The translations under genes and the position numbers were made by a program. This document shows positions 27,248 through 38,208 of a stretch of DNA of 64,000 nucleotides, piece after piece. The first letter of the stretch is position 1. Each line of letters begins with the position of its first letter. This stretch comes from Nitrospiraceae bacterium (GTDB lineage: Bacteria > Nitrospirota > Nitrospiria > Nitrospirales > Nitrospiraceae). The notes beneath the pieces are model-generated. The model was not told the origin of the DNA, did no database searches, and saw only the letters and a program-made list of their open reading frames with translations. The stretch spans positions 288,001 through 352,000 of the forward strand of contig JBFWWG010000001.1 of the NCBI GenBank assembly GCA_050246315.1, written 5' to 3'.

Positions 27248-28957
27248 ATGGCTGAAGCCTCGCAGATTCTTGAAGTAGACATCCTGTTCGTCGGCGGAGG
27301 CCCGGCCAACCTCTCGGGGGCGCTTCGCCTGACTCAGCTCATCGCGAAGCATAATGCTCGGGTTTCCGGCGGCGAGACATCCGGCGCTCGACTGGCCCCG
27401 CGCATCGCGCTGATCGAGAAGGGGCGCGATGTCGGCGCACATGCGATCTCGGGCGCCGTCTTCGATCCGATCGCGCTGGAAGAATTACTGCCGGATTACC
27501 GCGAACGCGACTTTCCTTTTTCGCTTCACGTGACTCAGCATAGCCTGCGGTATCTCACGACCGAAGGATCGGTTCGGCTTCCCGATGTCCTGATCCCACC
27601 GTCCTACCGGCAAGACCGCTGTTACCTCGGCTCCCTCCAAAAACTGAACCTTTGGCTTGCAGAGCAGGTCGAAGCCGCCGGCGTCTATCTCTTCGCCGAG
27701 ACCTGCGGGGTGCAGATTCTCTACGACGGCACGAAGGTCTGCGGGGTTCAAACCGGCGCCAAAGGGCTCGACGCCAGCGGCGGGAGAAAAGCCAATTACG
27801 AGCCGGGCACCGACATCCACGCCGCGATCACGGTGTTCGGCGAAGGCTCCTACGGGACGCTGGCTGAGGATCTGATCCAGCGGTTCAAGCTCCGCGAGGG
27901 TCGCCAGGCGCAAACCTACGCGTTGGGGGTCAAGGAGCTGATCCGAGTGAAGTCGGGAGGGACGCCGGGTCTCGCGATGCATACGATCGGCTATCCGCTT
28001 GGCTCCCGTGTCTTCGGTGGAGGCTTCTGCTATGGCCTCGACGAGAACCTGTTCGCGGTGGGCATGGTCTGCGGGCTGGATTGGGACGACCCGCAACTGG
28101 ATGTCCATGCCCAACTTCAGCGACTCAAGAAGCATCCTTCCATTCAGCGGTTGATCAAGGGCGGCGAGGTCATCGCCTATGGGGCCAAGACGCTCCCCGA
28201 GGGCGGCTACTTTGCCGTTCCTCGACCCTATGCCGACGGCGCGTTGCTCGTGGGCGATTCGGCCGCGTTGCTGAATGTGCCGTATCTGAAGGGCATCCAC
28301 TACGCGATGAAAAGCGGCATGTTGGCGGCCGACACGATATTCGACGCCTTGCTGCGCCACGACGCGTCCGCCTCCGTGCTTTCGTCCTATGAAGCCCGCT
28401 TGGACTCGTCCTACGTCATTCAAGATTTGTATCGAGCACGGCACTTCCGGCGAGCCTTTGCTTACGGTCGTCTGCCTGGCCTTCTCCTTGGAGGACTGAC
28501 GATGTGGACCGGACTCGGCCCATTCAGGCCCGCACCCGTCCGCGAGGACTTCAGGCATCTGCGCCCGCTCGACCAAGCGGTTCGGGGCCGTTGGACCTCT
28601 GAGCCGGCCCGATATGACGCCGGCGTGCTGGTTGACAAGCTGACCGACGTCTATCATTCTGGCACGCAACATCGAGAGGATCAGCCTTCGCACATCCGGA
28701 TCCTCGATCCCGCGCGGTGCCTGACCGACTGCATCGCTCGCTTTGGGGATGCGCCCTGTACGCATTTCTGTCCCGCCCGGGTCTATGAGTTGGTCGGCGA
28801 AGGGGCCGGACGGCGCATTCAGATCAACTTCTCCAACTGCGTGCACTGCAAGACCTGCGTGATCAAGGATCCCCTCGACGTCATCCCGGGAGATCATGTG
28901 CAGAACATCCTCTGGCGCGCTCCGGCGGAGGGAGGACCGCGGTATCAGGGGTTGTAG
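27248..28957 (+). CDS. electron transfer flavoprotein:quinone oxidoreductase
   Basis: GGGPA FAD motif, ISGAVFDP, KGIHYAMKSG, C-terminal FCPARVYE...NCVHCKTC Fe-S motif. Confidence 0.92.
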   Translation: MAEASQILEVDILFVGGGPANLSGALRLTQLIAKHNARVSGGETSGARLAPRIALIEKGRDVGAHAISGAVFDPIALEELLPDYRERDFPFSLHVTQHSLRYLTTEGSVRLPDVLIPPSYRQDRCYLGSLQKLNLWLAEQVEAAGVYLFAETCGVQILYDGTKVCGVQTGAKGLDASGGRKANYEPGTDIHAAITVFGEGSYGTLAEDLIQRFKLREGRQAQTYALGVKELIRVKSGGTPGLAMHTIGYPLGSRVFGGGFCYGLDENLFAVGMVCGLDWDDPQLDVHAQLQRLKKHPSIQRLIKGGEVIAYGAKTLPEGGYFAVPRPYADGALLVGDSAALLNVPYLKGIHYAMKSGMLAADTIFDALLRHDASASVLSSYEARLDSSYVIQDLYRARHFRRAFAYGRLPGLLLGGLTMWTGLGPFRPAPVREDFRHLRPLDQAVRGRWTSEPARYDAGVLVDKLTDVYHSGTQHREDQPSHIRILDPARCLTDCIARFGDAPCTHFCPARVYELVGEGAGRRIQINFSNCVHCKTCVIKDPLDVIPGDHVQNILWRAPAEGGPRYQGL

Positions 28958-29046
28958 CGAGGTCGTAGACCATTATCCGTCTTCCGTTATCCGCCATCGG
29001 ATGACGGCCCGCAGCGCGCGGACTACGGACAACGGGGAACGGACCA

Positions 29047-29850
29047 ATGAAGATCATCATCTGCATCAAGCAAGTACCGGCCACCGATGCCAAGCTCGCC
29101 ATCAAAGCCGATGGAACGGATATCGAACGAGCAGGCCTCAGCTTGGTGATGAATCCTTATGATGAGTTCGCCGTTGAAGAGGCACTCCGGATCAGAGAGC
29201 GGTTCGGCGCCGGAGACGTAACCGTGCTGTCGCTGCGCCAGCACGCGGCTCAGAAGCCGGAGGAAGCCTTGCGGACTTGTCTGGCAATGGGTGCGGACAA
29301 GGCGATCGTGTTGAGCGATCCGAGCTTCGAGAGAGGCGACGGCTCTGCGACCGCGCTGGTGCTGGCCGCCGCGCTCGGACGTTTGCCGTTCGATCTCCTC
29401 CTCTTCGGCAGACAGGCGGTGGACGATGATGGCGGGGCAGTGGGTATCCAGGTCGCAGAGCTGCTTGGTCTTCCCCACGTTGCCGTGGTGAGCAAGCTGG
29501 AAGTCGATCCCCAGGCTCGTCGCCTTGTCGCCCATCGTCAAATCGAAGGCGGAACTGAAGTGGTCGAGGCCCCGCTCCCGGCATTGATTACCTGTCAAAA
29601 AGGCCTCAACGAACCGCGCTATCCTTCGCTTCCTGGAATCATGAAGGCCAAGCAGAAGCCGCTCGAGATTTGGAACCGAGAGACGATCGGAGTAGACCCC
29701 GGGACGGTTGGAGCCGCAGGAGCACGACTCAGCGTCGTTCGCTTGGAGCAGCCGCCGGCACGTCCAGCCGGTCGAATCATTCCCGGCGATGCCGCCGCGG
29801 CGGTCAAAGAACTCGTGCGACTGCTTCACGAGGAAGCACACGTCGTCTGA
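29047..29850 (+). CDS. etfB: electron transfer flavoprotein beta subunit
   Basis: CIKQVP, NPYDEFAVEEAL, GRQAVDDD, NEPRYPSLPGIMKAK. Confidence 0.95.
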   Translation: MKIIICIKQVPATDAKLAIKADGTDIERAGLSLVMNPYDEFAVEEALRIRERFGAGDVTVLSLRQHAAQKPEEALRTCLAMGADKAIVLSDPSFERGDGSATALVLAAALGRLPFDLLLFGRQAVDDDGGAVGIQVAELLGLPHVAVVSKLEVDPQARRLVAHRQIEGGTEVVEAPLPALITCQKGLNEPRYPSLPGIMKAKQKPLEIWNRETIGVDPGTVGAAGARLSVVRLEQPPARPAGRIIPGDAAAAVKELVRLLHEEAHVV

Positions 29851-29868
29851 TGAGTGAGAACGGAGACG

Positions 29869-30861
29869 ATGATGAATCCCATCCTAGTCTTCTGTGAGCA
29901 ACGTGACGGCCGGCTGAAGAAGGCTGGGCTGGAAGCGTTAGGCCAAGCCTGTCGCCTCGGCAAGGCGTCGGGCAGAGCCGTGGTCGCGCTGGTGGTCGGT
30001 TCCACAGTCCACTCCCTCGCACAGGAGCTCGCCGGTCATGGCGCCTCGCGAATCTTGGTCGCCGAGGACCCTGCGCTTCGATACTATTCGTCCGAATTCT
30101 TTGCGACGATTATGGCGGAGATCGCCGCTGAGCTTGAGCCGGTTGCGATCATGATGGGCGCGACCGCCATGGGCAGAGACCTCGCGCCAAAATTGGCGGC
30201 AAGGCTCAAGAGCGCGTTGATCCAGGACTGCGTCGCGCTGGAAATGGAACCCGATGGTTCGCTGATCGCCACCCGCCCGATCTATGGCGGGAAACTACGA
30301 GCCGTGGTGAAGCCGACGCATCCGTCCATGCAGATTGCGACGCTCCGCCCAAACGTCTTCTCGCCTGAGGAATCTCATGCAGCCCCGGATGTGATGGTTG
30401 AGAGACGCACGGTTTCGTTCGACAGGCCTCGCCCGATGGCGCACGTGCGCGAAGTACGCGAGACAGACGGAGGGAAGCACGAATTGACAGAGGCCTCGCT
30501 CATCGTTTCAGGAGGCCGAGGTCTCAAAGCACCGGAGCACTTCGCCCTGCTCGAAAAGCTCGCGGCAGCACTCGGAGCCGCCGTGGGAGCGTCTCGCGCG
30601 GCGGTCGATGCGGGCTGGAGACCGCATGGCGACCAAATAGGGCTCACCGGAAAGACCGTCTCACCGCAGCTCTATATCGCCTGTGGGATCTCAGGGGCGA
30701 TTCAACATCAAGCCGGAATGTCTTCCGCGCGGACGATCGTGGCGATCAACAATAATCCCAACGCGCCGATCTTCAAACTCGCCACCTACGGCATCGTCGG
30801 GGATCTCTTCGAGATTGTCCCGCTGCTGACCGAAGAAGTGAACAAACTACGGGCCGGATGA
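29869..30861 (+). CDS. etfA: electron transfer flavoprotein alpha subunit
   Basis: VSGGRG, GASRAAVDAGW, LYIACGISGAIQH, APIF..A.YGIVGD. Confidence 0.95.
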   Translation: MMNPILVFCEQRDGRLKKAGLEALGQACRLGKASGRAVVALVVGSTVHSLAQELAGHGASRILVAEDPALRYYSSEFFATIMAEIAAELEPVAIMMGATAMGRDLAPKLAARLKSALIQDCVALEMEPDGSLIATRPIYGGKLRAVVKPTHPSMQIATLRPNVFSPEESHAAPDVMVERRTVSFDRPRPMAHVREVRETDGGKHELTEASLIVSGGRGLKAPEHFALLEKLAAALGAAVGASRAAVDAGWRPHGDQIGLTGKTVSPQLYIACGISGAIQHQAGMSSARTIVAINNNPNAPIFKLATYGIVGDLFEIVPLLTEEVNKLRAG

Positions 30862-31066
30862 GGTCGCCCGGCGCCTCTCACCCTTCGAGAACCTCTACTC
30901 GCGCGGCTTCATTGGGATGGCTGCCCGCACCCCCGGCGTCGATGCCGCTCGGCCACAACCGATCCACCACGATCCGCTCCCCGTCGGCCTTGGCTGCCGC
31001 CTCATCGAGGTGCCTCACGCGGATCAGGTGTCATTCTGGTCCAGCAGCTCGCGGCATGCGCCTCGG

Positions 31067-32221
31067 CTAGACAAACGCTTTGATCCCGAGCAGATGCGAA
31101 CCAATCAACAGCTTCTGAATCTGCGAGGTGCCTTCATAGATCGTGGCCACTTTGGCATCACGATAGTAGCGCGCGACGGGTGCTTCTTCGGAGTACCCAT
31201 AGGCACCGAAAATTTGCACGGCATCGGTTGCCGCCCGCACCGCCGCTTCAGAAGCGAAGTACTTCGCCATGGAGGTTTCGAGCGTGTTGGGGAGACCTTG
31301 GTTCTTCAGGTGGCCGGCCCGAAGTACGAGCAGACGCGCGGCATCCAAGTCTACCGCCATGCGGGCGATCATGTCCTGTACCAGTTGAAAACTTCCGATG
31401 GGTCTGTCGAACTGCCGGCGCGTCTTGGCGTAGTCCATGCAGGCGTCGAGGCAGCCTTGGATGATCCCGACACAGCCGGCTGCCACGCTGAATCGCCCAT
31501 TGTCCAAGGCCGACATGGCGATCTTGAATCCTTGGCCGACCGATCCCAGCAACGCCGTCTCCGGCACCGAACAATCGTCGAAGATCAGTTCTCCCGTATC
31601 CGACGCGCGAAGGCCCAGCTTGTCGGTGATCGGCCTGGTTGAAAACCCCGGTAGGCCATGGTCTACGAGAAAGGCCGCGATGCCCTCATGGCCTTTGGCT
31701 TTGTCGGTTTGCGCGAAGATCAGCGCGACATCGGCCACCGTTCCGTTGGAGATCCAGGCCTTGGTTCCGTTGAGCACCCACACGGATCCACGCCTCACCG
31801 CCGTGGTTTCCATGGAGGCGGGGTCGCTCCCGGCGTTCGGCTCTGTGAGGCCAAAGCAGCCTAGCATTCGGCCGGTGCACAGGCCCGGTAGGTACCGACG
31901 CTTCTGTTCTTCCGTTCCCCATTTCAAGATCGTGAGCCCGACCAGCGACACTTGAACTGAGAGGGTGGTACGAAGCGAGGAGTCGACTCGTCCGATCTCC
32001 TCGGTGATGACGGCATGACCGATGTAATCCAGTCCTGCGCCGCCGTATTCCTTCGGAAGCGGACCGCCGAGGAACCCCATTTCAGCCATGCGGTCGATCA
32101 CCTCTCGCGGAATACGTCCGGCTCGGTCTCGTTCCGACGCCCCTGGCGCAAGCTCTTGCTCCGCAAACCGCCGAACGGTCTCTCTGATCAGACGCTGCTC
32201 TTCGGTGAGTTCAAAGTCCAT
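31067..32221 (-). CDS. acyl-CoA dehydrogenase
   Basis: MDFELTEEQ, FGLTEPNAGSD, LNGTKAWISNG, RRQFDRPIG, IYEGTSQIQ. Confidence 0.95.
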   Translation of the reverse strand: MDFELTEEQRLIRETVRRFAEQELAPGASERDRAGRIPREVIDRMAEMGFLGGPLPKEYGGAGLDYIGHAVITEEIGRVDSSLRTTLSVQVSLVGLTILKWGTEEQKRRYLPGLCTGRMLGCFGLTEPNAGSDPASMETTAVRRGSVWVLNGTKAWISNGTVADVALIFAQTDKAKGHEGIAAFLVDHGLPGFSTRPITDKLGLRASDTGELIFDDCSVPETALLGSVGQGFKIAMSALDNGRFSVAAGCVGIIQGCLDACMDYAKTRRQFDRPIGSFQLVQDMIARMAVDLDAARLLVLRAGHLKNQGLPNTLETSMAKYFASEAAVRAATDAVQIFGAYGYSEEAPVARYYRDAKVATIYEGTSQIQKLLIGSHLLGIKAFV

Positions 32222-32232
32222 CGTAGCTCCCT

Positions 32233-32850
32233 TCACCCGATCGTCTTGAATCGCTTCATCCGGAACAGATCTTCCCGCTCACGCTCTTCGAGAGCCTGTC
32301 GAATGGTTTTGACCTCTTTGGTCAGAGCGGGAAGCACCACCTCATTGAGCGCATTGATCCGGCGTGTCACCTTCTTGATTTCCGATCCCAGCTTCTTCAG
32401 CCGAATCTCCACCGCCACGCTGCGAAGAATCAGTTCCAGTGCCTGCTCGAAGCCTCGCGCGGTTTCGTCAACATGCGTGGACACTCCTGAGACGGCGTAC
32501 CCCCGAGCATCCCACGCGCGGCGCACCGGAGCGTAGTGCACTTCCGGAAACCGCACGCCCCACACATTGCGTTCGATCCATTCGATGGACAACGTCCGCT
32601 TGGCCGCATAGCCGGCCGATCGGAGCGAGGCTCGGCCCTCCATGCCGAGCGCCAGCGTCAGCGTGGTCAGTGCGTGCCCCATCACGGCTTCCATTTGCAC
32701 CCGGCTTTCCGTCACCCGGTCCATGACGGCAAAGAATTCCCGCCCCAGCGCCTCACGCTTGCTCCGCAGCAGGTCCAGTCCACGCTGAGCGACCTCGATC
32801 TGGCGCTTCAGCAGCAACAGATTCATCCGTGTCCGGCCGGTGCTTTCCAT
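32233..32850 (-). CDS. atpD: V/A-type ATP synthase subunit D
   Basis: TRMNLLLLK..GLDLLRSKR, KVTRRINAL, LEEREREDLFRMK. Confidence 0.93.
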   Translation of the reverse strand: MESTGRTRMNLLLLKRQIEVAQRGLDLLRSKREALGREFFAVMDRVTESRVQMEAVMGHALTTLTLALGMEGRASLRSAGYAAKRTLSIEWIERNVWGVRFPEVHYAPVRRAWDARGYAVSGVSTHVDETARGFEQALELILRSVAVEIRLKKLGSEIKKVTRRINALNEVVLPALTKEVKTIRQALEEREREDLFRMKRFKTIG

Positions 32851-32877
32851 CGGTCGTTCCTCGTCAATCGTCCCGCG

Positions 32878-34383
32878 CTAAGGCCGGTCGTCCTCTTCAT
32901 GTGGGATGGACGGTTGACCGGTCACGTGTGACGTCCCCCCGTAATACCGTTCAATCAACTCCGGTTTCACCCTGGTCAACCGCTCCGGCGGCAGATATCG
33001 CAGGAACTTCCATCCGAGGTCCAAAGTGTCTTCGATCTCGCGCTCGCGTGGACCCTGGTTCACAAATTCCTGCTCAAAGTCCCGAGCGAGCTGCAAATAG
33101 CGTTTGTCGGACTCGCTCAGGCCGTCCTCGCCGACGATGGCGGCGAGACGCCGGATATCTCGCCCATGCGCATAGCAAGCATAGAGTTGATCCGCGACCG
33201 CCCGATGATCCTCTCGTGTTTTACCGGGACCGATCCCGAGATTCATCAGCCGCGACAGACAGGGCAACACATCGATGGGGGGAAAGACCCCTTTGCGATG
33301 GAGCTCGCGGGACAGCACGATCTGCCCTTCCGTGATGTATCCGGTCAGATCGGGAATCGGATGAGTCATGTCGTCGTCAGGCATGGTGACAATGGGAAGC
33401 TGCGTGATTGAGCCGGCTTTACCTTTGATCCGCCCGGCTCGCTCATAGATGGAGGCCAAGTCGGAATACATATACCCGGGGTACCCTCGGCGACCCGGGA
33501 TCTCCTCGCGAGCCATGGCGATTTGACGCAGGGCCTCACAGTACGCGGCCATGTCGGTCAGGATGACCAGCACATGGCGGCCGAGCGCGAACGCCAGGTA
33601 CTCCGCCGCGGTCAGGGCAAATCTCGGTGTCAGGAGCCGTTCGATCGTTGGGTCATCGGCCAGGTTCAGGAACACGACGGTGTGCTCCATGATTCCGCCA
33701 CGCTCGAACTCATCGAGATAGAACGAGGCCTCCCGGAACGTGATCCCCATCGCCGCAAAGACGATCGCGAAGGGAGAGGCGCCGGCCGCCTGGCCGGCGT
33801 CTCTCTCCGTTTCACCGGAAGGGGACGGTCCGCGTGACGAAGGGAGTCTGTCCACCTCCCGCACCTTCGCATGGCGAACGATCTGAGCGGCGACTTCCTT
33901 GGCCGGCAGGCCCGCCCCGGAGAAGATCGGCAGCTTTTGCCCTCGCACCAGCGTGTTCATCGCGTCAATCGTTGAAATCCCGGTCTGAATACAATGCGAC
34001 GGTCTCTCACGAGCGACCGGATTCAGGGGCTGTCCGATGATGTCCGCGCGAGCGTCGGGGATAATCGCCGGCAGACCGTCGAGCGGGACCCCGGCCCCGC
34101 TGAATCGTCGTCCCAAGAGATCGGGCGACAGATCCATGGCGGCGGCCGATTCCGTGAGGCGGACCCGGGTCCCCGTTACTCCCAGGCCCGTCGTCTCCTC
34201 CAGCACTTGGATCACGGCATGCTGCACGGACAGCTCGATGACTTGACCGCGCCGGGCCTCTCCGGTCGGAAGAATGATCTCCACCAGTTCTCCGAGAGAA
34301 GCCTTGCTCAGCTTCTCTGCAAAGAGAAGCGGTCCGGCGATCGCGCTCACGGTCCGATATTCGCGAGTGACCAGGTCATCCAT
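32878..34383 (-). CDS. atpB: V/A-type ATP synthase subunit B
   Basis: [60 protein letters not shown]. Confidence 0.96.
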   Translation of the reverse strand: MDDLVTREYRTVSAIAGPLLFAEKLSKASLGELVEIILPTGEARRGQVIELSVQHAVIQVLEETTGLGVTGTRVRLTESAAAMDLSPDLLGRRFSGAGVPLDGLPAIIPDARADIIGQPLNPVARERPSHCIQTGISTIDAMNTLVRGQKLPIFSGAGLPAKEVAAQIVRHAKVREVDRLPSSRGPSPSGETERDAGQAAGASPFAIVFAAMGITFREASFYLDEFERGGIMEHTVVFLNLADDPTIERLLTPRFALTAAEYLAFALGRHVLVILTDMAAYCEALRQIAMAREEIPGRRGYPGYMYSDLASIYERAGRIKGKAGSITQLPIVTMPDDDMTHPIPDLTGYITEGQIVLSRELHRKGVFPPIDVLPCLSRLMNLGIGPGKTREDHRAVADQLYACYAHGRDIRRLAAIVGEDGLSESDKRYLQLARDFEQEFVNQGPREREIEDTLDLGWKFLRYLPPERLTRVKPELIERYYGGTSHVTGQPSIPHEEDDRP

Positions 34384-34415
34384 CGTCCACTCCCGACCGG
34401 CCCACCTGACGCTTC

Positions 34416-36161
34416 TCACCCCTCTCCTGACGACATGATCTCCTGCTGCATGTGCTCAATCATCGTCCGGGCTTGCTGGATGCACCTGTCCGGAGGCGTC
34501 TCCTGCATACGTTCCAGCTCGCTTCTCAAGGGCGAGGCGAGGAGCGGCTCGATCGGACGGCCTTTCTTGAGCATGGCCCGACAGTAGGTGAGAAACTCCA
34601 TCTGGGCCTTCAGCATCCAGTACTGCTTCCCAAGCGGACAGGCGGCGTCAACATCGGAATAGGCATTCTGTCTGAGATAGGATTCTCGGATGAGGCGACT
34701 GACCTCTAAGACGATGCGCTCCTGATCCGGGACCGCATCAATCCCCACAAGCTGCACGACCTCCTGCAGCTCCTCTTCCTTCTGGAGCAGCACGCTCAAC
34801 TCGGTTCGAAGCTGCGGCCAGTCCTGGGCCACTTGCGTCTGAAACCAAGGGTCGAGTGCCTGGGTGTAGAGGGAATAACTGCGCTTCCAATTGATGGCGG
34901 GGAAATGTCGCCGGTGGGCCAGATCCGAGTCCAAGGCCCAGAGCCCTCCGGCCGCCTGGATCGAGCCTTGTGTCACCGGCTCTGAAAAGTCTCCACCCGG
35001 CGGAGAGATCGCCGAGACAATCGTGACCGCCCCCTGTCGGCTCGGATCTCCCAAGCAGCGGACCCGTCCACCACGTTCATAGAAGCCGGCCAACTTACCG
35101 GCCAAATAGGTGGGATAGCCTTCCTCTCCGGGCATCTCTTCCAGCCTGGCGGAAATCTCGCGCGTCGCCTCGGCCCAGCGCGAGGTGCTGTCGGCCATGA
35201 GGGCGACCGCATAGCCCATGTCCCGATAATATTCGGCCATCGTGATGCCCGTGTAGATCGACGTCTCCCGGGCCGCCACGGGCATGTTCGAGGTATTGAT
35301 GACCAGGACCGTGCGTTCCATAAGCGGCAGGCCGGTGGCGGGATCCTTCAGGTGGGGGAACTCGGTCAGGACCTCCGTCATTTCGTTGCCTCGTTCTCCG
35401 CACCCGATGTAAATGATGATCTCGGCCTGCGCATACCTGGCGAGCGTCTGCTCAACGACGGTCTTTCCCGTTCCGAAGCCGCCCGGCACAATCACGGTTC
35501 CACCGGCGGCAAGGGGAAGGAGCATGTCGAACACCCGCTGGCCGGTGATGAAGGGCACGACCGGAGGAAGCCGCTCGGCAACGGGGCGGGACGTCCGCAC
35601 CGGCCAGCGTTGCAAGAGGGTCAACGGACCGTAGCCATCAAGCCAGGCAACCGGCTCTTCGATCGTATAGGTGCCTTCCTCAATCTTGGAGAGCGTCCCC
35701 GATAATCCGGGTGGGACGAGGATGCGATGTTCGATTCTTGCGGTCTCTTGGACAACTCCCACGCATGTTCCGCCGCCGACGGCCGTGCCGGGACGGACCA
35801 CTGGAGTGAACGCCCAGCGCCGGTCTCGGGACAGGGCCGGCAGACTCAGGCCTCGCGCCATCCAATCACCGCACTGGGCCGCGATGACGTTCAATGGCCG
35901 CTGGACTCCGTCGAAGATCGAACCAAGGAGGCCGGGCCCAAGTTCCACGTGGAGCGGTTCTCCCGCATCGACCACCTCCTCTCCCAGCATCAGCCCCGTG
36001 GTGTCTTCATACACTTGAATCGTCGCTTCGCTTCCGCGCAGTCGTATCACCTCTCCGAGCAATCCTGTCTTACCGACTGCGACACGATTGAACATGCGGG
36101 TCTGCTCCATGCCCCCCGCGACAACGGTCGGACCCGAGATCTTGATGATCGCTCCGGTCAT
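34416..36161 (-). CDS. atpA: V/A-type ATP synthase subunit A
   Basis: P-loop [50 protein letters not shown]. Confidence 0.96.
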   Translation of the reverse strand: MTGAIIKISGPTVVAGGMEQTRMFNRVAVGKTGLLGEVIRLRGSEATIQVYEDTTGLMLGEEVVDAGEPLHVELGPGLLGSIFDGVQRPLNVIAAQCGDWMARGLSLPALSRDRRWAFTPVVRPGTAVGGGTCVGVVQETARIEHRILVPPGLSGTLSKIEEGTYTIEEPVAWLDGYGPLTLLQRWPVRTSRPVAERLPPVVPFITGQRVFDMLLPLAAGGTVIVPGGFGTGKTVVEQTLARYAQAEIIIYIGCGERGNEMTEVLTEFPHLKDPATGLPLMERTVLVINTSNMPVAARETSIYTGITMAEYYRDMGYAVALMADSTSRWAEATREISARLEEMPGEEGYPTYLAGKLAGFYERGGRVRCLGDPSRQGAVTIVSAISPPGGDFSEPVTQGSIQAAGGLWALDSDLAHRRHFPAINWKRSYSLYTQALDPWFQTQVAQDWPQLRTELSVLLQKEEELQEVVQLVGIDAVPDQERIVLEVSRLIRESYLRQNAYSDVDAACPLGKQYWMLKAQMEFLTYCRAMLKKGRPIEPLLASPLRSELERMQETPPDRCIQQARTMIEHMQQEIMSSGEG

Positions 36162-36499
36162 CGCTTAAGTTTCAATTGATATCCGATCGCCCGCCGGAGG
36201 AGGCGGGCAAGATACTGCTCTCGCAAGTCTCCCTCATGTTTGGTCCGAGAAACCGGGATCGGATAGAAGACCGGGCTCACGGATTCTTCCATCTCGTTTA
36301 GAGACTTTTCTGGAAGCCTCTCCCGGTACGCCTCGTTATAGATCACGATTCCGGCCTTTCCGCTGCGGAGGAGCGAGAGGAGTTGCTCGACGGCCGCCTC
36401 CTCGGAGTCTACTTCGCTCACATCGACACCGGCCAATCGGAAACCCAGCGCGGTGTCGGGATCGGTCACGACAATCAGATGGGCCATAGGATCAGCCAT
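36158..36499 (-). CDS. atpF: V/A-type ATP synthase subunit F (start may be 36487)
   Basis: DTALGFRLAGV and LLRRAIGY motifs. Confidence 0.9.
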   Translation of the reverse strand: MADPMAHLIVVTDPDTALGFRLAGVDVSEVDSEEAAVEQLLSLLRSGKAGIVIYNEAYRERLPEKSLNEMEESVSPVFYPIPVSRTKHEGDLREQYLARLLRRAIGYQLKLKR

Positions 36500-37551
36500 T
36501 CCTCCACTTGTTCCGGTTGCATGCCCGCGACCTTCCCTCGGAGGATCATCCGGAGGTTCCGGATCTCGTTCGTCTTCCGTTCAAGGTAGGCGATCGCCGG
36601 GCCAATGCCCAATGGGTCAGGCCGAGAAAGGGCAACGCTTTTACGGATGGCCGCGCGGTTCAATTCTCTCTCGACGAGTGGAGGAGACACGGAGTCCTTG
36701 GCTCGAAACAGGTCGGTCAGCCATCCAAAGGAGGTGGCGACAAGACGGTTAAGTCCCTCGCGCAGATCAGGCGCGCCGATGACCGCCTCATACCGAGTTC
36801 GAGTGAACCGGCCTCCTGCCTCAAGGAAATGACGGCCGGCCTCCAACGACGAACGAGCGCCACGTTCAGCCAGGTAGCGGAGCGCCGCCAGGAGATTGGC
36901 ACTGTCCGCGAGAAACCCGAGATAGCTCCCGACGGCTCGATCGTTCTCATCTTCGCTAACCGCCAGTCGGCATGAGTGCAGGAGAGTCAATCGGTCGAGT
37001 TCAGACTCCAGCGGTTGCAAATCGTCGGCCTCCCCAAGCTGGTCCAGTCCCGATCGAACTGGACGAGCGAGCGGTAGTCGCCACATCTCCAGCAAGTGAG
37101 CCACGGCTTGCATGGTCGGCGCTCGCGCCAGTTCGGCCACGGCGATGTCATCGAGGAGTCCGACCGGAAACGTCATGGCCAAGACCTCCTCGATCGGTGC
37201 CGCCGCCCGCTTGCCGCGCAGGACGGTTTTCAGATTGTAGACATCCCATCGGAGGAGGAGCACATCGAGCAATTCACGCGATCGATCGGAGAAGAACCCC
37301 CGAAGGATGCCGAGCGTCTCCACAAGGTCCCGTCGCAGAGCCTCATCGAGGCACCCGATCGTCCGGAGGCCCTGGGCGCGATCGAGTGTTGCGAGGACGG
37401 GTTCCAATGCGCGTGCATACGGCAAACTCCGCAGGCCATGGACCAGGCCATCAAGGGTCGCCTGCGCGAGCAAAGAGTCATACTGGTCTCGGCTGAGGAG
37501 ACGGCCCTCCATGGCGCGGATCCTCGCATTGGTGTAGGCGTAGTCATCCAT
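36475..37551 (-). CDS. atpC: V/A-type ATP synthase subunit C (d)
   Basis: YAYTNARIRAM..RLL, WDVYNLKTVLRGK, EIRNLRMILRGK. Confidence 0.92.
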   Translation of the reverse strand: MDDYAYTNARIRAMEGRLLSRDQYDSLLAQATLDGLVHGLRSLPYARALEPVLATLDRAQGLRTIGCLDEALRRDLVETLGILRGFFSDRSRELLDVLLLRWDVYNLKTVLRGKRAAAPIEEVLAMTFPVGLLDDIAVAELARAPTMQAVAHLLEMWRLPLARPVRSGLDQLGEADDLQPLESELDRLTLLHSCRLAVSEDENDRAVGSYLGFLADSANLLAALRYLAERGARSSLEAGRHFLEAGGRFTRTRYEAVIGAPDLREGLNRLVATSFGWLTDLFRAKDSVSPPLVERELNRAAIRKSVALSRPDPLGIGPAIAYLERKTNEIRNLRMILRGKVAGMQPEQVEEWLILWPI

Positions 37552-37621
37552 GTTCTTACGGTTGAGGCCGAGGTTCAGACGAACGGATTCGCGCACGATC
37601 AGGCTGATCTCAACCCGAGCC

Positions 37622-38200
37622 TTAGCCCTCTCCGAACAACAGCCGGTTCAGTTCGATGGTCAAGGCCGGCTTGGCCTTCGCCAGGCGCGTCGCAAAGGAG
37701 TTCGTGAGTACCTCGCCGTTCCCTTCTACCTTGATCCCCAGGAGAAGCGCATCCTGATGCTGCGCTTCCACTTCGATGCCGCGTTGTTTCAGGCTCTCCT
37801 CAAGGAATGGCCGCTCGCGATCATCAATGAACACGCGAGGCGATGGAGAAGGGGAGGCGGCCAGCACTTCCGCCAGCAGTGCGTTGAGGACTTCCGTCCG
37901 AGCATGGCCGGCGAGCGACCGGACTTTCTCGCCGGCATGTCGCCACACGGCATCCAGGATCTCCTGCTTGGCCTGCAGCACAATCCGGCGGCCGCTCAAC
38001 GCAGCTCGGGCCACCAGGGCGGCCCGCCGGGCAGAGAGGTCTCGACGAATCGTGAGTTCGACCTCACGGGCCAATGCCTCGCTTTCCCGCCTCGCGTCAG
38101 ACAACAGCTCCTCGGCCTCCACCTGAGCCTGGTGCAGGATCGCATCGCGTTTGTTTCTTCCCTCTTCCAACAGCGCCTCGATGAGTCTGTCGTACGACAT
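37622..38200 (-). CDS. atpE: V/A-type ATP synthase subunit E
   Basis: N-terminal coiled coil, LGI...NSFATRL C-terminal pattern, position between K and C. Confidence 0.85.
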   Translation of the reverse strand: MSYDRLIEALLEEGRNKRDAILHQAQVEAEELLSDARRESEALAREVELTIRRDLSARRAALVARAALSGRRIVLQAKQEILDAVWRHAGEKVRSLAGHARTEVLNALLAEVLAASPSPSPRVFIDDRERPFLEESLKQRGIEVEAQHQDALLLGIKVEGNGEVLTNSFATRLAKAKPALTIELNRLLFGEG

Positions 38201-38208
38201 CGTCAGAC

